From contig OY970212.1 of assembly GCA_963713925.1 (NCBI GenBank), positions 864,001 to 928,000 on the forward strand: 64,000 nucleotides of DNA, written 5' to 3'. Below, one piece after another: positions 9,409 through 18,464 of the stretch. The stretch comes from an uncultured bacterium. Lineage in GTDB: Bacteria > Babelota > Babeliae > Babelales > Vermiphilaceae. The notes beneath the pieces were generated by a model. It saw nothing but the letters and a program-made list of their open reading frames with translations. It was not told where the DNA came from and ran no database searches. Position numbers and translations under genes: made by a program. The number at the start of each line of letters is the position of its first letter. Positions within the stretch are counted from its first letter, which is position 1.

Positions 9409-9570
9409 ATGAAAAAAACAATCAAATGCATAAAAATTGATACAAAGATTCCAAAAAGAGAATTGTGGTTAATTGACCCTGAAAATAAGCATCTTGTCGA
9501 TGAATTAAAGAAAGCTTTAAAACAAAAAGCTGATAGATCAATCGAATTAAGCTCTTTTGAAGAGAGATAA
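9409..9570 (+). CDS. 53-aa small protein, antitoxin-C-terminus-like
   Basis: Translated by hand: MKKTIKCIKIDTKIPKRELWLIDPENKHLVDELKKALKQKADRSIELSSFEER; GAGG RBS at 9401; below the ORF-track cutoff. Confidence 0.55.
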   Translation: MKKTIKCIKIDTKIPKRELWLIDPENKHLVDELKKALKQKADRSIELSSFEER

Positions 9571-9572
9571 TA

Positions 9573-10616
9573 TCAAATCTGATTTTCTTGAATGGTTGTT
9601 GATTGACCCATGACCGTCTGAATAGGAAGCAATTGCATGAGTTGTTCATTAAATGATGACATCACCTTGTTTTTAACCGTTGCATCGGCAAACAAAATTG
9701 CCTGTTCAATAGCTCGTTCATTGGATGATCCATGAGCAAAAATAACGGGAGCTTTGACGCCCAAAAGCAATGCACCGCCCCACTTGGAATAATCGAGTTC
9801 TGCTTTGACGCGGCCGAATATTGATGAGCCGATAGCAAGATAGATTTTTGAGAGCATACTATATCCTGCTTGTTTTTTGATCATTGCCGTCACAAGGTTT
9901 GCCGCACCCTGCATGGTCTTGAGCATGATATTGCCGACAAAGCCATCGGAGACAACAACATCAACATCTGCAGTGAAAATATCACGCGGCTCGATGTTGC
10001 CAATGAAATTGAGCGAACTTTTCTCAAGAAGATCATATGCTTTTTTAACGGCGATCGAGCCTTTATATGGCTCATGTCCATTGGAAAGGAGTGCGACTTT
10101 TGGATTCTCAATGCTTTTTGTGACCGTAACATAGGCTGCGCCCATAGCCGCAAATTGTTCAAGATATTCAGGCTTACAATCAGTGTTGCCGCCCAAATCA
10201 AGGCAAAAGACTGATCCCTTGAGCGTGGGGATATAGGAACCGATGGCCGGTCGCAAGACGCCATCAACCCTGCCCAAATGCAATGTCGAGGCAACTAACA
10301 ATGCCCCTGAATTACCGGCAGAGACAACTGCTTCTGCCTCGCCGATTTTGACCGACAAGAGAGATTGTATTAAAGAAGAATTTTTTTTTGAGACAACAGT
10401 ACGGGATGGCTCATCGGCCATCCCGATAGTTTCTGTGCAATGAATAATCGATAGAGGTAATAATCGCCAGGCTGGATCGAGCTGCGCAAGCTCATATTCA
10501 ATCGTCGGCTGATTGCCAAAAAGAGCTATAGTAACTCCTTGGCGAGCAGCTCTGATAGCTCCTGCAACAGTCGCGCGCGGAGCAAAGTCTCCGCCCATTG
10601 CATCAACAGCTATCAT
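9573..10616 (-). CDS. plsX: Phosphate acyltransferase
   Basis: IAVDAMGGDFAP, SAGNSGA and DGFVGN motifs; follows rpmF. Confidence 0.97.
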   Translation of the reverse strand: MIAVDAMGGDFAPRATVAGAIRAARQGVTIALFGNQPTIEYELAQLDPAWRLLPLSIIHCTETIGMADEPSRTVVSKKNSSLIQSLLSVKIGEAEAVVSAGNSGALLVASTLHLGRVDGVLRPAIGSYIPTLKGSVFCLDLGGNTDCKPEYLEQFAAMGAAYVTVTKSIENPKVALLSNGHEPYKGSIAVKKAYDLLEKSSLNFIGNIEPRDIFTADVDVVVSDGFVGNIMLKTMQGAANLVTAMIKKQAGYSMLSKIYLAIGSSIFGRVKAELDYSKWGGALLLGVKAPVIFAHGSSNERAIEQAILFADATVKNKVMSSFNEQLMQLLPIQTVMGQSTTIQENQI

Positions 10617-10642
10617 GGCTCATACCTCACATTAAAAAGAAA

Positions 10643-10912
10643 TTACTTTTCCGATTCAGCTGCTTCTTGAGGAGCGCGAGCTGCACGTGATGCCGCTTGT
10701 GCCTTACGAACTTCCATACGTTTACCGGCACGTTCAGCCTTTGGTGTCAAAACCTTAACGCCCTTGTAGTATCCGCATGATTTGCACGCTGTATGGGTTG
10801 AAATTGGCTCTTGGCATTGTTTGCAAGCAGCAATAGCTTTTGGCTTGATAAATTTATTTGCAAAGCGAGAATCTCTGCGCGCCCGGGAGCGCTTACGTTT
10901 TGGTACTGGCAT
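10643..10912 (-). CDS. rpmF: 50S ribosomal protein L32 (Zn-binding form, C-terminal extension)
   Basis: MPVPKRKRSRARRD; CKQC...CKSCGYYKG. Confidence 0.96.
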   Translation of the reverse strand: MPVPKRKRSRARRDSRFANKFIKPKAIAACKQCQEPISTHTACKSCGYYKGVKVLTPKAERAGKRMEVRKAQAASRAARAPQEAAESEK

Positions 10913-11008
10913 ATGAAATCCTTAGAAAACACTATTTTTTCTGAAAATTTTTAGATATAGCTAGAATAGCCTAGTTTGCGCAAAAAATCAAAAATATATC
11001 CCTGATTT

Positions 11009-11632
11009 TTAAGCGCCAATAGACGATAGATCCGGATTCAAAGAGCGCACAACATCAATAAGCGCATATATTCTGGCCTTATAATCCGGCACTGCTACTG
11101 ATTTATTGAGCAGTAAAAACTCCTTTAATTCAAAAAATTCAAGGCCTTCCGGAAGTTTTAAACCTGGAAAACAATAGTCTAACCATTCTTGAACTTCGTC
11201 TTTAATAAGTTTTGCTTTTGTTTCTTTAGAAAAATCGGTCTTATTGGTAATAAAATCGATTTTTGTATAAAGACTCATTATTTTTTGCAAGAATTGCAAT
11301 TTAAATGATGTTACCTCAGAAGCTGTAAGCATTCTATTAACCTGATCTTGTTCCGTATCATGCTGAATGTCTTCAAGCATTTCAATACCCGGGCTATCTT
11401 GATCAAAGCCCATGTTAAGTAACGCTGTAATCAAATCTGCCACACTCGGTATCTCCGATTGAGAAACCAGGTCTGCAACAAGGCTTAGAAAGTCATTATT
11501 CAGTTGATCTGCCGCATTTGGATCATACGAACAACCGGAAAGCTCCGACGGGGCTGCCGGTTGTTCATCACGATCGGCGCACGTCGCCGTTATAAAGCTG
11601 AGAGAAAGAAGGCAAAACAGTAGTTTCTTCAT
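11009..11632 (-). CDS. Secreted hypothetical protein
   Basis: MKKLLFCLL signal peptide; AAGGAG RBS. Confidence 0.7.
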   Translation of the reverse strand: MKKLLFCLLSLSFITATCADRDEQPAAPSELSGCSYDPNAADQLNNDFLSLVADLVSQSEIPSVADLITALLNMGFDQDSPGIEMLEDIQHDTEQDQVNRMLTASEVTSFKLQFLQKIMSLYTKIDFITNKTDFSKETKAKLIKDEVQEWLDYCFPGLKLPEGLEFFELKEFLLLNKSVAVPDYKARIYALIDVVRSLNPDLSSIGA

Positions 11633-11674
11633 GGAAAGCTCCTTACATAATGGTGATTCTTAGGTTTAGTATAT

Positions 11675-13093
11675 TCAAAAAATCACCACTATTCTACCCG
11701 TATAAGCAGCCATATTATTAATAGCTTTTGTCAGACCAGGGTTAGGAATATAGCTAAGCGCAGAGATAAAGTAGACCGTTTTACCTAAATGCATTTGATA
11801 ATAGGCTTGAAGCATTGTCTCATTACGACGTGGGAAAATACAGGTGTTTAATCGAGACGAGGCAACGCCGCAACCGAAAGAATCTTGGGGTCGGCGAGGC
11901 ACAAGTCCAAAAAAGGTAAGCGCCGCTCCGCCATACAAATCAACTGGACGCGTGCGCGAATTATTCATACCAAACTGAAACAATCCCACAATTCCTGAAC
12001 TATCAACTCCTGGATTGGCAAACCAGAGGCGCTGTGTGCCAAACAGATACCAACCTAAAGCACCGCATTCACTGATCTCCATCTTCGTTACACTCTGGCT
12101 AGGCGGAATAATGAGCCGTCCTGTTTGTGCCCATGCTCCAATTCCCAGGCAACCCGGTTTTGCGTCCGCCCCCACATGCCACATGCCTCCTCCCTCAAGC
12201 ATGCTAAGGCTATAGGTCCCTCGCTTTGGGCTTGGAGTTAGCGTTGTATCGAATGTATGCGCATAGCTTCCATCATATTCTCCAAAAATAACATACGTTT
12301 GATCAGTAGGAAAATAAGCACAATTGGCTCCATATATGGAATTAAAGATCCCTGGAACAATACCAAACATAGTCGCATTTAAAAATATAGGCCGATACAA
12401 AAGTCCGCTTTGGGCCATTTGAGACGTCGGATCATGGCGTAAGGCAAGCGGGTAAATGACGTTATTAAAATCTGACGCGGTGACTGTTTTGCCAACGCGC
12501 ATAATAGCTTTTTTACCAAAAATTTGTCGATACCAGAGCTGAAACAAGCGGGTGGCATGCTCAGGAACACCCGGCAAGTTATCAAACCCCTGCACAACAC
12601 CTGCTAGCGCATTTGTTGGCTGACTATCACCACGCAACATTTGCACCGAAAATGCGGCGCCGGGAATATGCAACCAAGTATTTAGATCGACTCCGAGCCC
12701 CAAAATAAATAAGTTGTTTCCCGTCCATTTGTGACACTGCTTTGAAAAGTCTGGCGAGCTGGGAGGCAGAAGCATGGGGCCCCGTTTGAAGAGCACGCTC
12801 GTATCGGGAATCCAGAGACCGCCAATTAAAAGACCGCTCGATCGCTCTAATCCAAGCCATTCAAATAGTTTTCCTACTGGAAAAACCCGATTGGGAATTG
12901 CCGGGTTAGAACTGATGGCCCCTTTTGCAAAATCGTGATGTTCCAAACTATTTGAGTGAAAAGAATTTCCAAAGCCATTCTTTTTTTTCTGCACTTGTTC
13001 GAATAACTCTTGCTCATCTGTTTGAGAATGAAGTGCGGCAAAATCGAATAACACCATACAAGATATAAAACTAAAAATAATACGCATACTCAT
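11675..13093 (-). CDS. Carbohydrate-selective porin, OprB family
   Basis: RLFQLWYRQ, RVGK, GLVPRRPQDSFGCGVA and YIPNPG motifs; terminal Phe. Confidence 0.85.
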   Translation of the reverse strand: MSMRIIFSFISCMVLFDFAALHSQTDEQELFEQVQKKKNGFGNSFHSNSLEHHDFAKGAISSNPAIPNRVFPVGKLFEWLGLERSSGLLIGGLWIPDTSVLFKRGPMLLPPSSPDFSKQCHKWTGNNLFILGLGVDLNTWLHIPGAAFSVQMLRGDSQPTNALAGVVQGFDNLPGVPEHATRLFQLWYRQIFGKKAIMRVGKTVTASDFNNVIYPLALRHDPTSQMAQSGLLYRPIFLNATMFGIVPGIFNSIYGANCAYFPTDQTYVIFGEYDGSYAHTFDTTLTPSPKRGTYSLSMLEGGGMWHVGADAKPGCLGIGAWAQTGRLIIPPSQSVTKMEISECGALGWYLFGTQRLWFANPGVDSSGIVGLFQFGMNNSRTRPVDLYGGAALTFFGLVPRRPQDSFGCGVASSRLNTCIFPRRNETMLQAYYQMHLGKTVYFISALSYIPNPGLTKAINNMAAYTGRIVVIF

Positions 13094-13249
13094 CCCATTA
13101 TCTATAAATATCTCTTTGATTCTGCATACACTCGAGACCTTAAGTAAAGAGTTATCCTGAAAACAGGTTTATTGAATTATTGCAATTAGAACTTGATATT
13201 TTGTATACTGAAAGGTAGTAGTAAATACTTACGCATATGGAGGGTTATT

Positions 13250-13822
13250 ATGAAAAATACTATTTTACGCGCATTCGCGCTTGCATTCATTTTTGGTCAA
13301 ACTTACAGAGTAGTTGCTGAAATAGGACAAGCTCCAATCACCGACAAGGACTTTTCCATGGAGGAAGAGATCCGTAGCGCTCCAATTCCGGCACCTCTTT
13401 TTGACGTAAAAAAAGAAACAATTACGGAACTTGAGCCTGTTGATTTAAAAGTTCCTCTCAAAGAAGAAACGACTGTCAGCCAAACTATTTCTTTTCCAGC
13501 GAAACAAGCTGAAACACCGGCAACTCCATCTACTCCTGTTGAAGATGAAGATCTTGGCTTAGATATTCTTTTTGCAGAAGAAGAACCAAAAATTGTTGAA
13601 CCTGATACATCCAAAGCTCCGATTCCCGCACCATTGACTCCGATGTCTCCAGTGTTGACAAAATGGGCAACACCCGAAGAAACCGCTGCTATGAATAAAA
13701 AACCTGAACCCATGTCAATCGAAGGAACAAACTGGGCACCCGGCGAAAAACAAAAATATCTTGATTTCCTCGAGATGAATAAGATTACACCGGAACAAAA
13801 TCCGGGTTCAATGACTAAATAA
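13250..13822 (+). CDS. Secreted Pro/Glu-rich disordered protein
   Basis: GGAGG RBS, ATG 13250, signal peptide; repeated APIPAPL motif. Confidence 0.7.
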   Translation: MKNTILRAFALAFIFGQTYRVVAEIGQAPITDKDFSMEEEIRSAPIPAPLFDVKKETITELEPVDLKVPLKEETTVSQTISFPAKQAETPATPSTPVEDEDLGLDILFAEEEPKIVEPDTSKAPIPAPLTPMSPVLTKWATPEETAAMNKKPEPMSIEGTNWAPGEKQKYLDFLEMNKITPEQNPGSMTK

Positions 13823-13840
13823 AATCCTATTGGAAGTTGA

Positions 13841-13884
13841 AGAAATGGTAGATGAAGCGCAAGTTGGCTTCATCTACCATTTCT
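13841..13884. terminator. Bidirectional terminator
   Basis: AGAAATGGTAGATGAAGC...GCTTCATCTACCATTTCT hairpin between convergent genes. Confidence 0.75.
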
Positions 13885-13891
13885 GATTTTC

Positions 13892-15637
13892 TCATTTCAC
13901 GTGTAGTATCTTTTTCAAGTTATCCGGCAGACACGCAAGCAGTGCTTTGACGTTTTGATCCGCAGGATTGTATTGTCTATCTTTTTCAAGAATTTTACAC
14001 GCTGCACACAATGCCAGCGACGTCCGCAGACCTTTGTAACTGCCATCCAAAAATTGCATGATCCAGCTCACATCAAGTTTTTTAACAGAACCTGAATCTT
14101 TGTAACATATACAGAGTCCGTCATCCCCGAGCCAATACGCTGTTTGGAACTTGGCGGAAAAAGGAGAGCTATTCGGGCTGTATGACCAATACAATTCGTA
14201 TGGATCATTATTTTTCTGTGTTTTCCAAACCTTTATCATTCGCTCATGAGCTGTCATTACTGTCATTTTGTCAGTCGGATGTGGGACGATTTTTACGCAA
14301 TCAGAACCTATATTTTGTGTAAAATCAACAATTTCTTTTTTGTTATCATAACTGATGAGCTCTCCCGATCTACGTAAAAACAATATTTTTTTTGTGTCGA
14401 TAATCGGACGTATGCCAACAGCCGGTTCATCCAACCGAATGCCAAAAGGTAGTTTTTTACACCCTTGGGCTAATGGTTGTTTGTTTCTGATATTGTCAAG
14501 ACAAAACTGATAAAAATCGCCGTCAAAACATCCAATATATAGTAGATTCTGACCCCTCGTTTTGCAGCCGCATATCACGCTCACTTCTGCAGGAAGACCA
14601 GTGTTATCAGCCTGTCGAGCTCCCCGATGCTCCGAGTGAAAATCGTAAACGGACAACTGACCCTTCCCGACCGTGATAACATATTCTCCCGGAATCACCT
14701 CAATCTTGACGGGCCGTAACAAATCTCGATAGCACGTTATTTCAGGATTCATTTGTCGAGTTTTTCCATCATAATACGTTATTTTTACTTCTTGCTCTTC
14801 GGTATCACACGTTGCGATGGTGCTTATTTTTGTTGTCGGGTCAGTAACAACGGCTAAAGCATCGACACATTTTGTAAAAAAACAGGATGGAATTTTTTCT
14901 TTATCAAGATTTGGCGTCCTCAAAATTCGAAAATAATTAGTTACTCCAACAGGATCACCAACAACGAGCAATGCATCGTCAGCCAAAGATCTCAACAATA
15001 TTTTTGTCGAATCACTGATCGATGTCTCATGGGAAATCTCCAGATCAACCCTCTGCGATAATTCTTTTCCAAAATAAAATGACATTCCCTGCGCTACCAA
15101 ACGAGTAATATCTGAATCAGTTCCGACAATGTCCTCTATTTTTTCATTGTGTAAACAATGTTGGTTGAGCAATTCTTCAGCAGCCGATTTAGTCGTTAAA
15201 ATATGGATACAATCGTCCAAAACATCTAACGTTGCCATTTTATTCGCGTCTGCGGCGCATGCATAGATTTCGCTCAAACCAAAGCTTTTGAGAAAATCAA
15301 TATACGTGTCGAAATCTAAAATTTTTCTATCGAACAAATACCTCGCTTGCAATGCTTTATACAAAACAAAAAAGCGCTCTTCCTTTTCAATAAGAAGATC
15401 TGTTGCTTCCCCGGAAAAATCATTTTGTTGTTTTAAAAGAGAATATTTACTCAAAACATCCTGCGGCAAACAAGGATATCTTCTTCCATTAATAGCTAAT
15501 GAACGCGGCACCTCAATTTCGTCTCCATTCAATAATGTGTATCGTTTTTTACCCGTATCTAGCTGTCCATCAGGGAGATCTGCCGCACTCGCCAAACTAT
15601 ATACCAAGAGAAAAATTACACACTTCATTACCATCAT
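13892..15637 (-). CDS. Secreted protein, BTB/Skp1-like N-domain plus degenerate WD40-like repeats
   Basis: Signal peptide; TAHERMIKVWK, LYIGCFDGDFYQF and GQLSVYDF WD-like strands. Confidence 0.55.
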   Translation of the reverse strand: MMVMKCVIFLLVYSLASAADLPDGQLDTGKKRYTLLNGDEIEVPRSLAINGRRYPCLPQDVLSKYSLLKQQNDFSGEATDLLIEKEERFFVLYKALQARYLFDRKILDFDTYIDFLKSFGLSEIYACAADANKMATLDVLDDCIHILTTKSAAEELLNQHCLHNEKIEDIVGTDSDITRLVAQGMSFYFGKELSQRVDLEISHETSISDSTKILLRSLADDALLVVGDPVGVTNYFRILRTPNLDKEKIPSCFFTKCVDALAVVTDPTTKISTIATCDTEEQEVKITYYDGKTRQMNPEITCYRDLLRPVKIEVIPGEYVITVGKGQLSVYDFHSEHRGARQADNTGLPAEVSVICGCKTRGQNLLYIGCFDGDFYQFCLDNIRNKQPLAQGCKKLPFGIRLDEPAVGIRPIIDTKKILFLRRSGELISYDNKKEIVDFTQNIGSDCVKIVPHPTDKMTVMTAHERMIKVWKTQKNNDPYELYWSYSPNSSPFSAKFQTAYWLGDDGLCICYKDSGSVKKLDVSWIMQFLDGSYKGLRTSLALCAACKILEKDRQYNPADQNVKALLACLPDNLKKILHVK

Positions 15638-15649
15638 TCAATCAACCCG

Positions 15650-16762
15650 TTAAGACAAACACCATAATCCGGCACCATTTTGCATTACTTTACCTTCAAG
15701 CATAAGTGAAAATAAAGAATCGTGAAGTTGGCCTATTTCAAGGCCAAGCTGTTGTGCTATTTCATCGATAGTTGTCGGACGCTGACATGCTTTTATAATG
15801 CGATACTCAACAGAATCATCGCTTCCTCGCTCGGGCGCAACGGATTCTTTCTTAACAAAAGAGGCTTCATGCTTATATTCACACCCAATTGCTTCGATCA
15901 CAGTTTGAGCCGTAGTTGCTATATGTGCACCTTGCGCGATCAAATTGTGACACCCCGCACTCAGCGGCTCATCAATCAGGCCCGGCACAGCGCATACTTC
16001 TCTTCCTTGATTGAGTGCAAAATGCGCAGTAATGAGCGCTCCACTTTTTTCTGCCGCTTGCACGACAAGCGTGCCCAAAGAGAGGCCAGCAATAATGCGA
16101 TTGCGCGCAGGAAAAAGTCCGGCAGCCGGTTGTGTGTCAATCGGAAAACAACTGAGCAGTATTCCATTGTTATTCAAAATTTTTTCAAACAATTTCTTGT
16201 TTGCTGCAGGATAGCGATACGCAAGGCCCGAGCCAAATACTGCAATGGTCTGCGCTCCATGTTCAAGTGCCGCTGCGTGAGCAAAGGCGTCAACCCCGCG
16301 CGCTCCGCCACTCACAATGCTCAATCCCGTGGCTGCAAAATCGGGCATGAAAGAATTGATTACTCGATTGGCGTATGATGTCGCATCTCGTGAACCAACA
16401 ATAGCTAGACTTTTTGAAACCAATTCAATCGGCGCACCAAGCGCATACAAAATTGTGGGTGGCAAATGAATGTGAGAAAGCATTTGCGGATATTCAGGGT
16501 CAAGAATGGTATACCAACGTGCACCAATGCGTTCGATGCGCTTTAATTCGGCAGTCAATAGATCGAGTTGTGACAGCCCTTCTACTAATTTCTGAGACGT
16601 TTGCTCAGAAATAAAACACTGATTTTGTATATCATAAGCTGACATTCCATACAAATCGCCCAGTGAAAATGCCTCAGATTTTTTGCTGATGATCGCTGAG
16701 ATTGTCCCCGGACCAATACCCTCAATTAATGATAGATGCAATAATGTTTGACGCTCAAGCAT
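15650..16762 (-). CDS. dprA: DNA-processing protein DprA/Smf
   Basis: AIVGSR, IVSGGARGVD, FPARNRIIAGLS and SGALITA motifs; start moved to ATG 16762. Confidence 0.96.
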   Translation of the reverse strand: MLERQTLLHLSLIEGIGPGTISAIISKKSEAFSLGDLYGMSAYDIQNQCFISEQTSQKLVEGLSQLDLLTAELKRIERIGARWYTILDPEYPQMLSHIHLPPTILYALGAPIELVSKSLAIVGSRDATSYANRVINSFMPDFAATGLSIVSGGARGVDAFAHAAALEHGAQTIAVFGSGLAYRYPAANKKLFEKILNNNGILLSCFPIDTQPAAGLFPARNRIIAGLSLGTLVVQAAEKSGALITAHFALNQGREVCAVPGLIDEPLSAGCHNLIAQGAHIATTAQTVIEAIGCEYKHEASFVKKESVAPERGSDDSVEYRIIKACQRPTTIDEIAQQLGLEIGQLHDSLFSLMLEGKVMQNGAGLWCLS

Positions 16763-16849
16763 CGTTTTCCCCCCCTGATGTAAAAAATACCTTGAATTAG
16801 GTTCCATTGAGTTTTTGAAATTGTAAAAATGACTCCACTCCGTTCGTTA

Positions 16850-17060
16850 CACCCAATCTACGCTTACGCTTCGATTGGGGCCCGTTCGTGGTGAGCGAAA
16901 CTTCGGGCCCCGTGCTTTTGCATGGGTAAAAACGTTAGCGTAGTCGAATCCATACGAACGTTCATGCAACAGAATAAGAACAAATTTTTGATCAAAGCAA
17001 TTTTTTCCGTTCGATATGGATTCGACTACGCCGTAAATACGGCTACGCTCACCACGAACG
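16850..17060. repeat. R1 inverted pair with R2 hairpins, one nested inside R1
   Basis: R2 at ~16850-16883 and ~16905-16930; R1 arms CCGTTCGTGGTGAGCG at ~16882 and CGCTCACCACGAACG at ~17046-17060. Confidence 0.85.
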
Positions 17061-17189
17061 TGTAAATTGCTCATTGCAGTGCTAAACACGAAACTACTAT
17101 CATTTTTCATATTATCAAAACTCAATTGGCCTTAAATCAGGCTATAGGAAGCAAAAAAGCCTGTCAAATATGCTTTTTTAGCCTGTAAA

Positions 17190-17217
17190 TTGACAAATTG
17201 AAAAGATTTGATATGCT
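17190..17217 (+). promoter_or_regulatory. Putative sigma70 promoter for the GNAT pair
   Basis: TTGACA-16 nt-TATGCT. Confidence 0.45.
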
Positions 17218-17317
17218 ATAAATAGTAGGAAAAACAGGTTAAAAATGGCCTGCCCGCCGTAGTTTAATTCTCCCTGAGGATTGGCTACGGAGTAAGAACG
17301 GAGGCTGGGAGATTTTT

Positions 17318-17872
17318 ATGAAAAATTTAATTATTCTCGCGCTTTGCGCATTTACAGCATCTCAGATCAAAGCTATGAACTTCAAAGAAGAATACCTCAA
17401 TTTCAAAGGGGAATCCTTCCGCTTTACACCTTGTGGTTCACATTGTCCAAAAACAACCGGAAACCCTTTTATGTGGCTTGGAGAAGAGGGATGGGACCAA
17501 ATAGTTGTCAATAATAAAGATAATACAAGAATTGCCGAAATCTCTTTTGGCTCTCCTAATGGCCCCCATAAATGTCATTTAGGACTTCTCAATACACTTT
17601 CCACCTATAGAAACCGTGGAATCGGCAAAGAACTTTTCAATCGAGCGATTGAACGAATGATCAATGATGGATGTCGAACCATTGAATGGAGCTCTCTTCC
17701 GGACGCTATTCCCTTTTATAAAAAAATTGGAATTCCCGATACTGCTTTTACCAATGGTATTGACCCGGAAAGACATGGAGCTTACATCAGGTATCAAGTA
17801 CCCTTTGAACGTCTCAAAAATCCAACGTGGTCTGAAAAAATGAAACACAAATTTCACGAACGTTTCAAATGA
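17318..17872 (+). CDS. Signal-peptide-bearing GNAT acetyltransferase, copy 1
   Basis: YRNRGIGKELF acetyl-CoA motif A; AIPFYKKIG motif B. Confidence 0.85.
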   Translation: MKNLIILALCAFTASQIKAMNFKEEYLNFKGESFRFTPCGSHCPKTTGNPFMWLGEEGWDQIVVNNKDNTRIAEISFGSPNGPHKCHLGLLNTLSTYRNRGIGKELFNRAIERMINDGCRTIEWSSLPDAIPFYKKIGIPDTAFTNGIDPERHGAYIRYQVPFERLKNPTWSEKMKHKFHERFK

Positions 17873-17894
17873 TCAAATAGGCTTGGAGATTCTT

Positions 17895-18464
17895 ATGAAA
17901 AATTCAATCATTCTCGCGCTTTGCGCATTTACAGCATCGCAGATCAATGCTGGGAACTTCAAAGAAGAGTTTTTCAATTTCAAAGGAGAATCCTTTCGCT
18001 TTACATCTTGTGGTTATGGTAAAGATTGTCCAGGAGAAAATTTAGCATTTATGGCAAAAGGGAAAGAATGGGATCAAATAGTTGTCAACAATAAAGATGG
18101 CAAAAGAGTCGCTGAAGCCTCCTTTAGCGCTTACTATGATAAAAATAAATGCAAATTAGAATGGCTTACCGTACTCGACACTTATAGAAACCGTGGAATT
18201 GCCAAGGAACTTTTCAATCGCGCAATTGAACACATGATCAATCAAGGATGTCGAACCATTGAATGGGAATCGCTCCAGTCTGCTGTTCCTTTTTATAAAA
18301 AAATGGAAATCCCTGACAATGCTTTTAGTGGCGTTGACCCGACGAAAACTAATCTTAGACCTTATCATGGGGGCAACTGTTGTGCTTCCATCAAGTATCA
18401 AGTTCCTTTTGAACGGCTCAAAAATCGGACATGGTCTGAGTGGATGAAACACAAATTTCACTAA
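17895..18464 (+). CDS. Signal-peptide-bearing GNAT acetyltransferase, copy 2 (tandem paralog)
   Basis: YRNRGIAKELF and AVPFYKKM; long stretches identical to copy 1. Confidence 0.85.
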   Translation: MKNSIILALCAFTASQINAGNFKEEFFNFKGESFRFTSCGYGKDCPGENLAFMAKGKEWDQIVVNNKDGKRVAEASFSAYYDKNKCKLEWLTVLDTYRNRGIAKELFNRAIEHMINQGCRTIEWESLQSAVPFYKKMEIPDNAFSGVDPTKTNLRPYHGGNCCASIKYQVPFERLKNRTWSEWMKHKFH

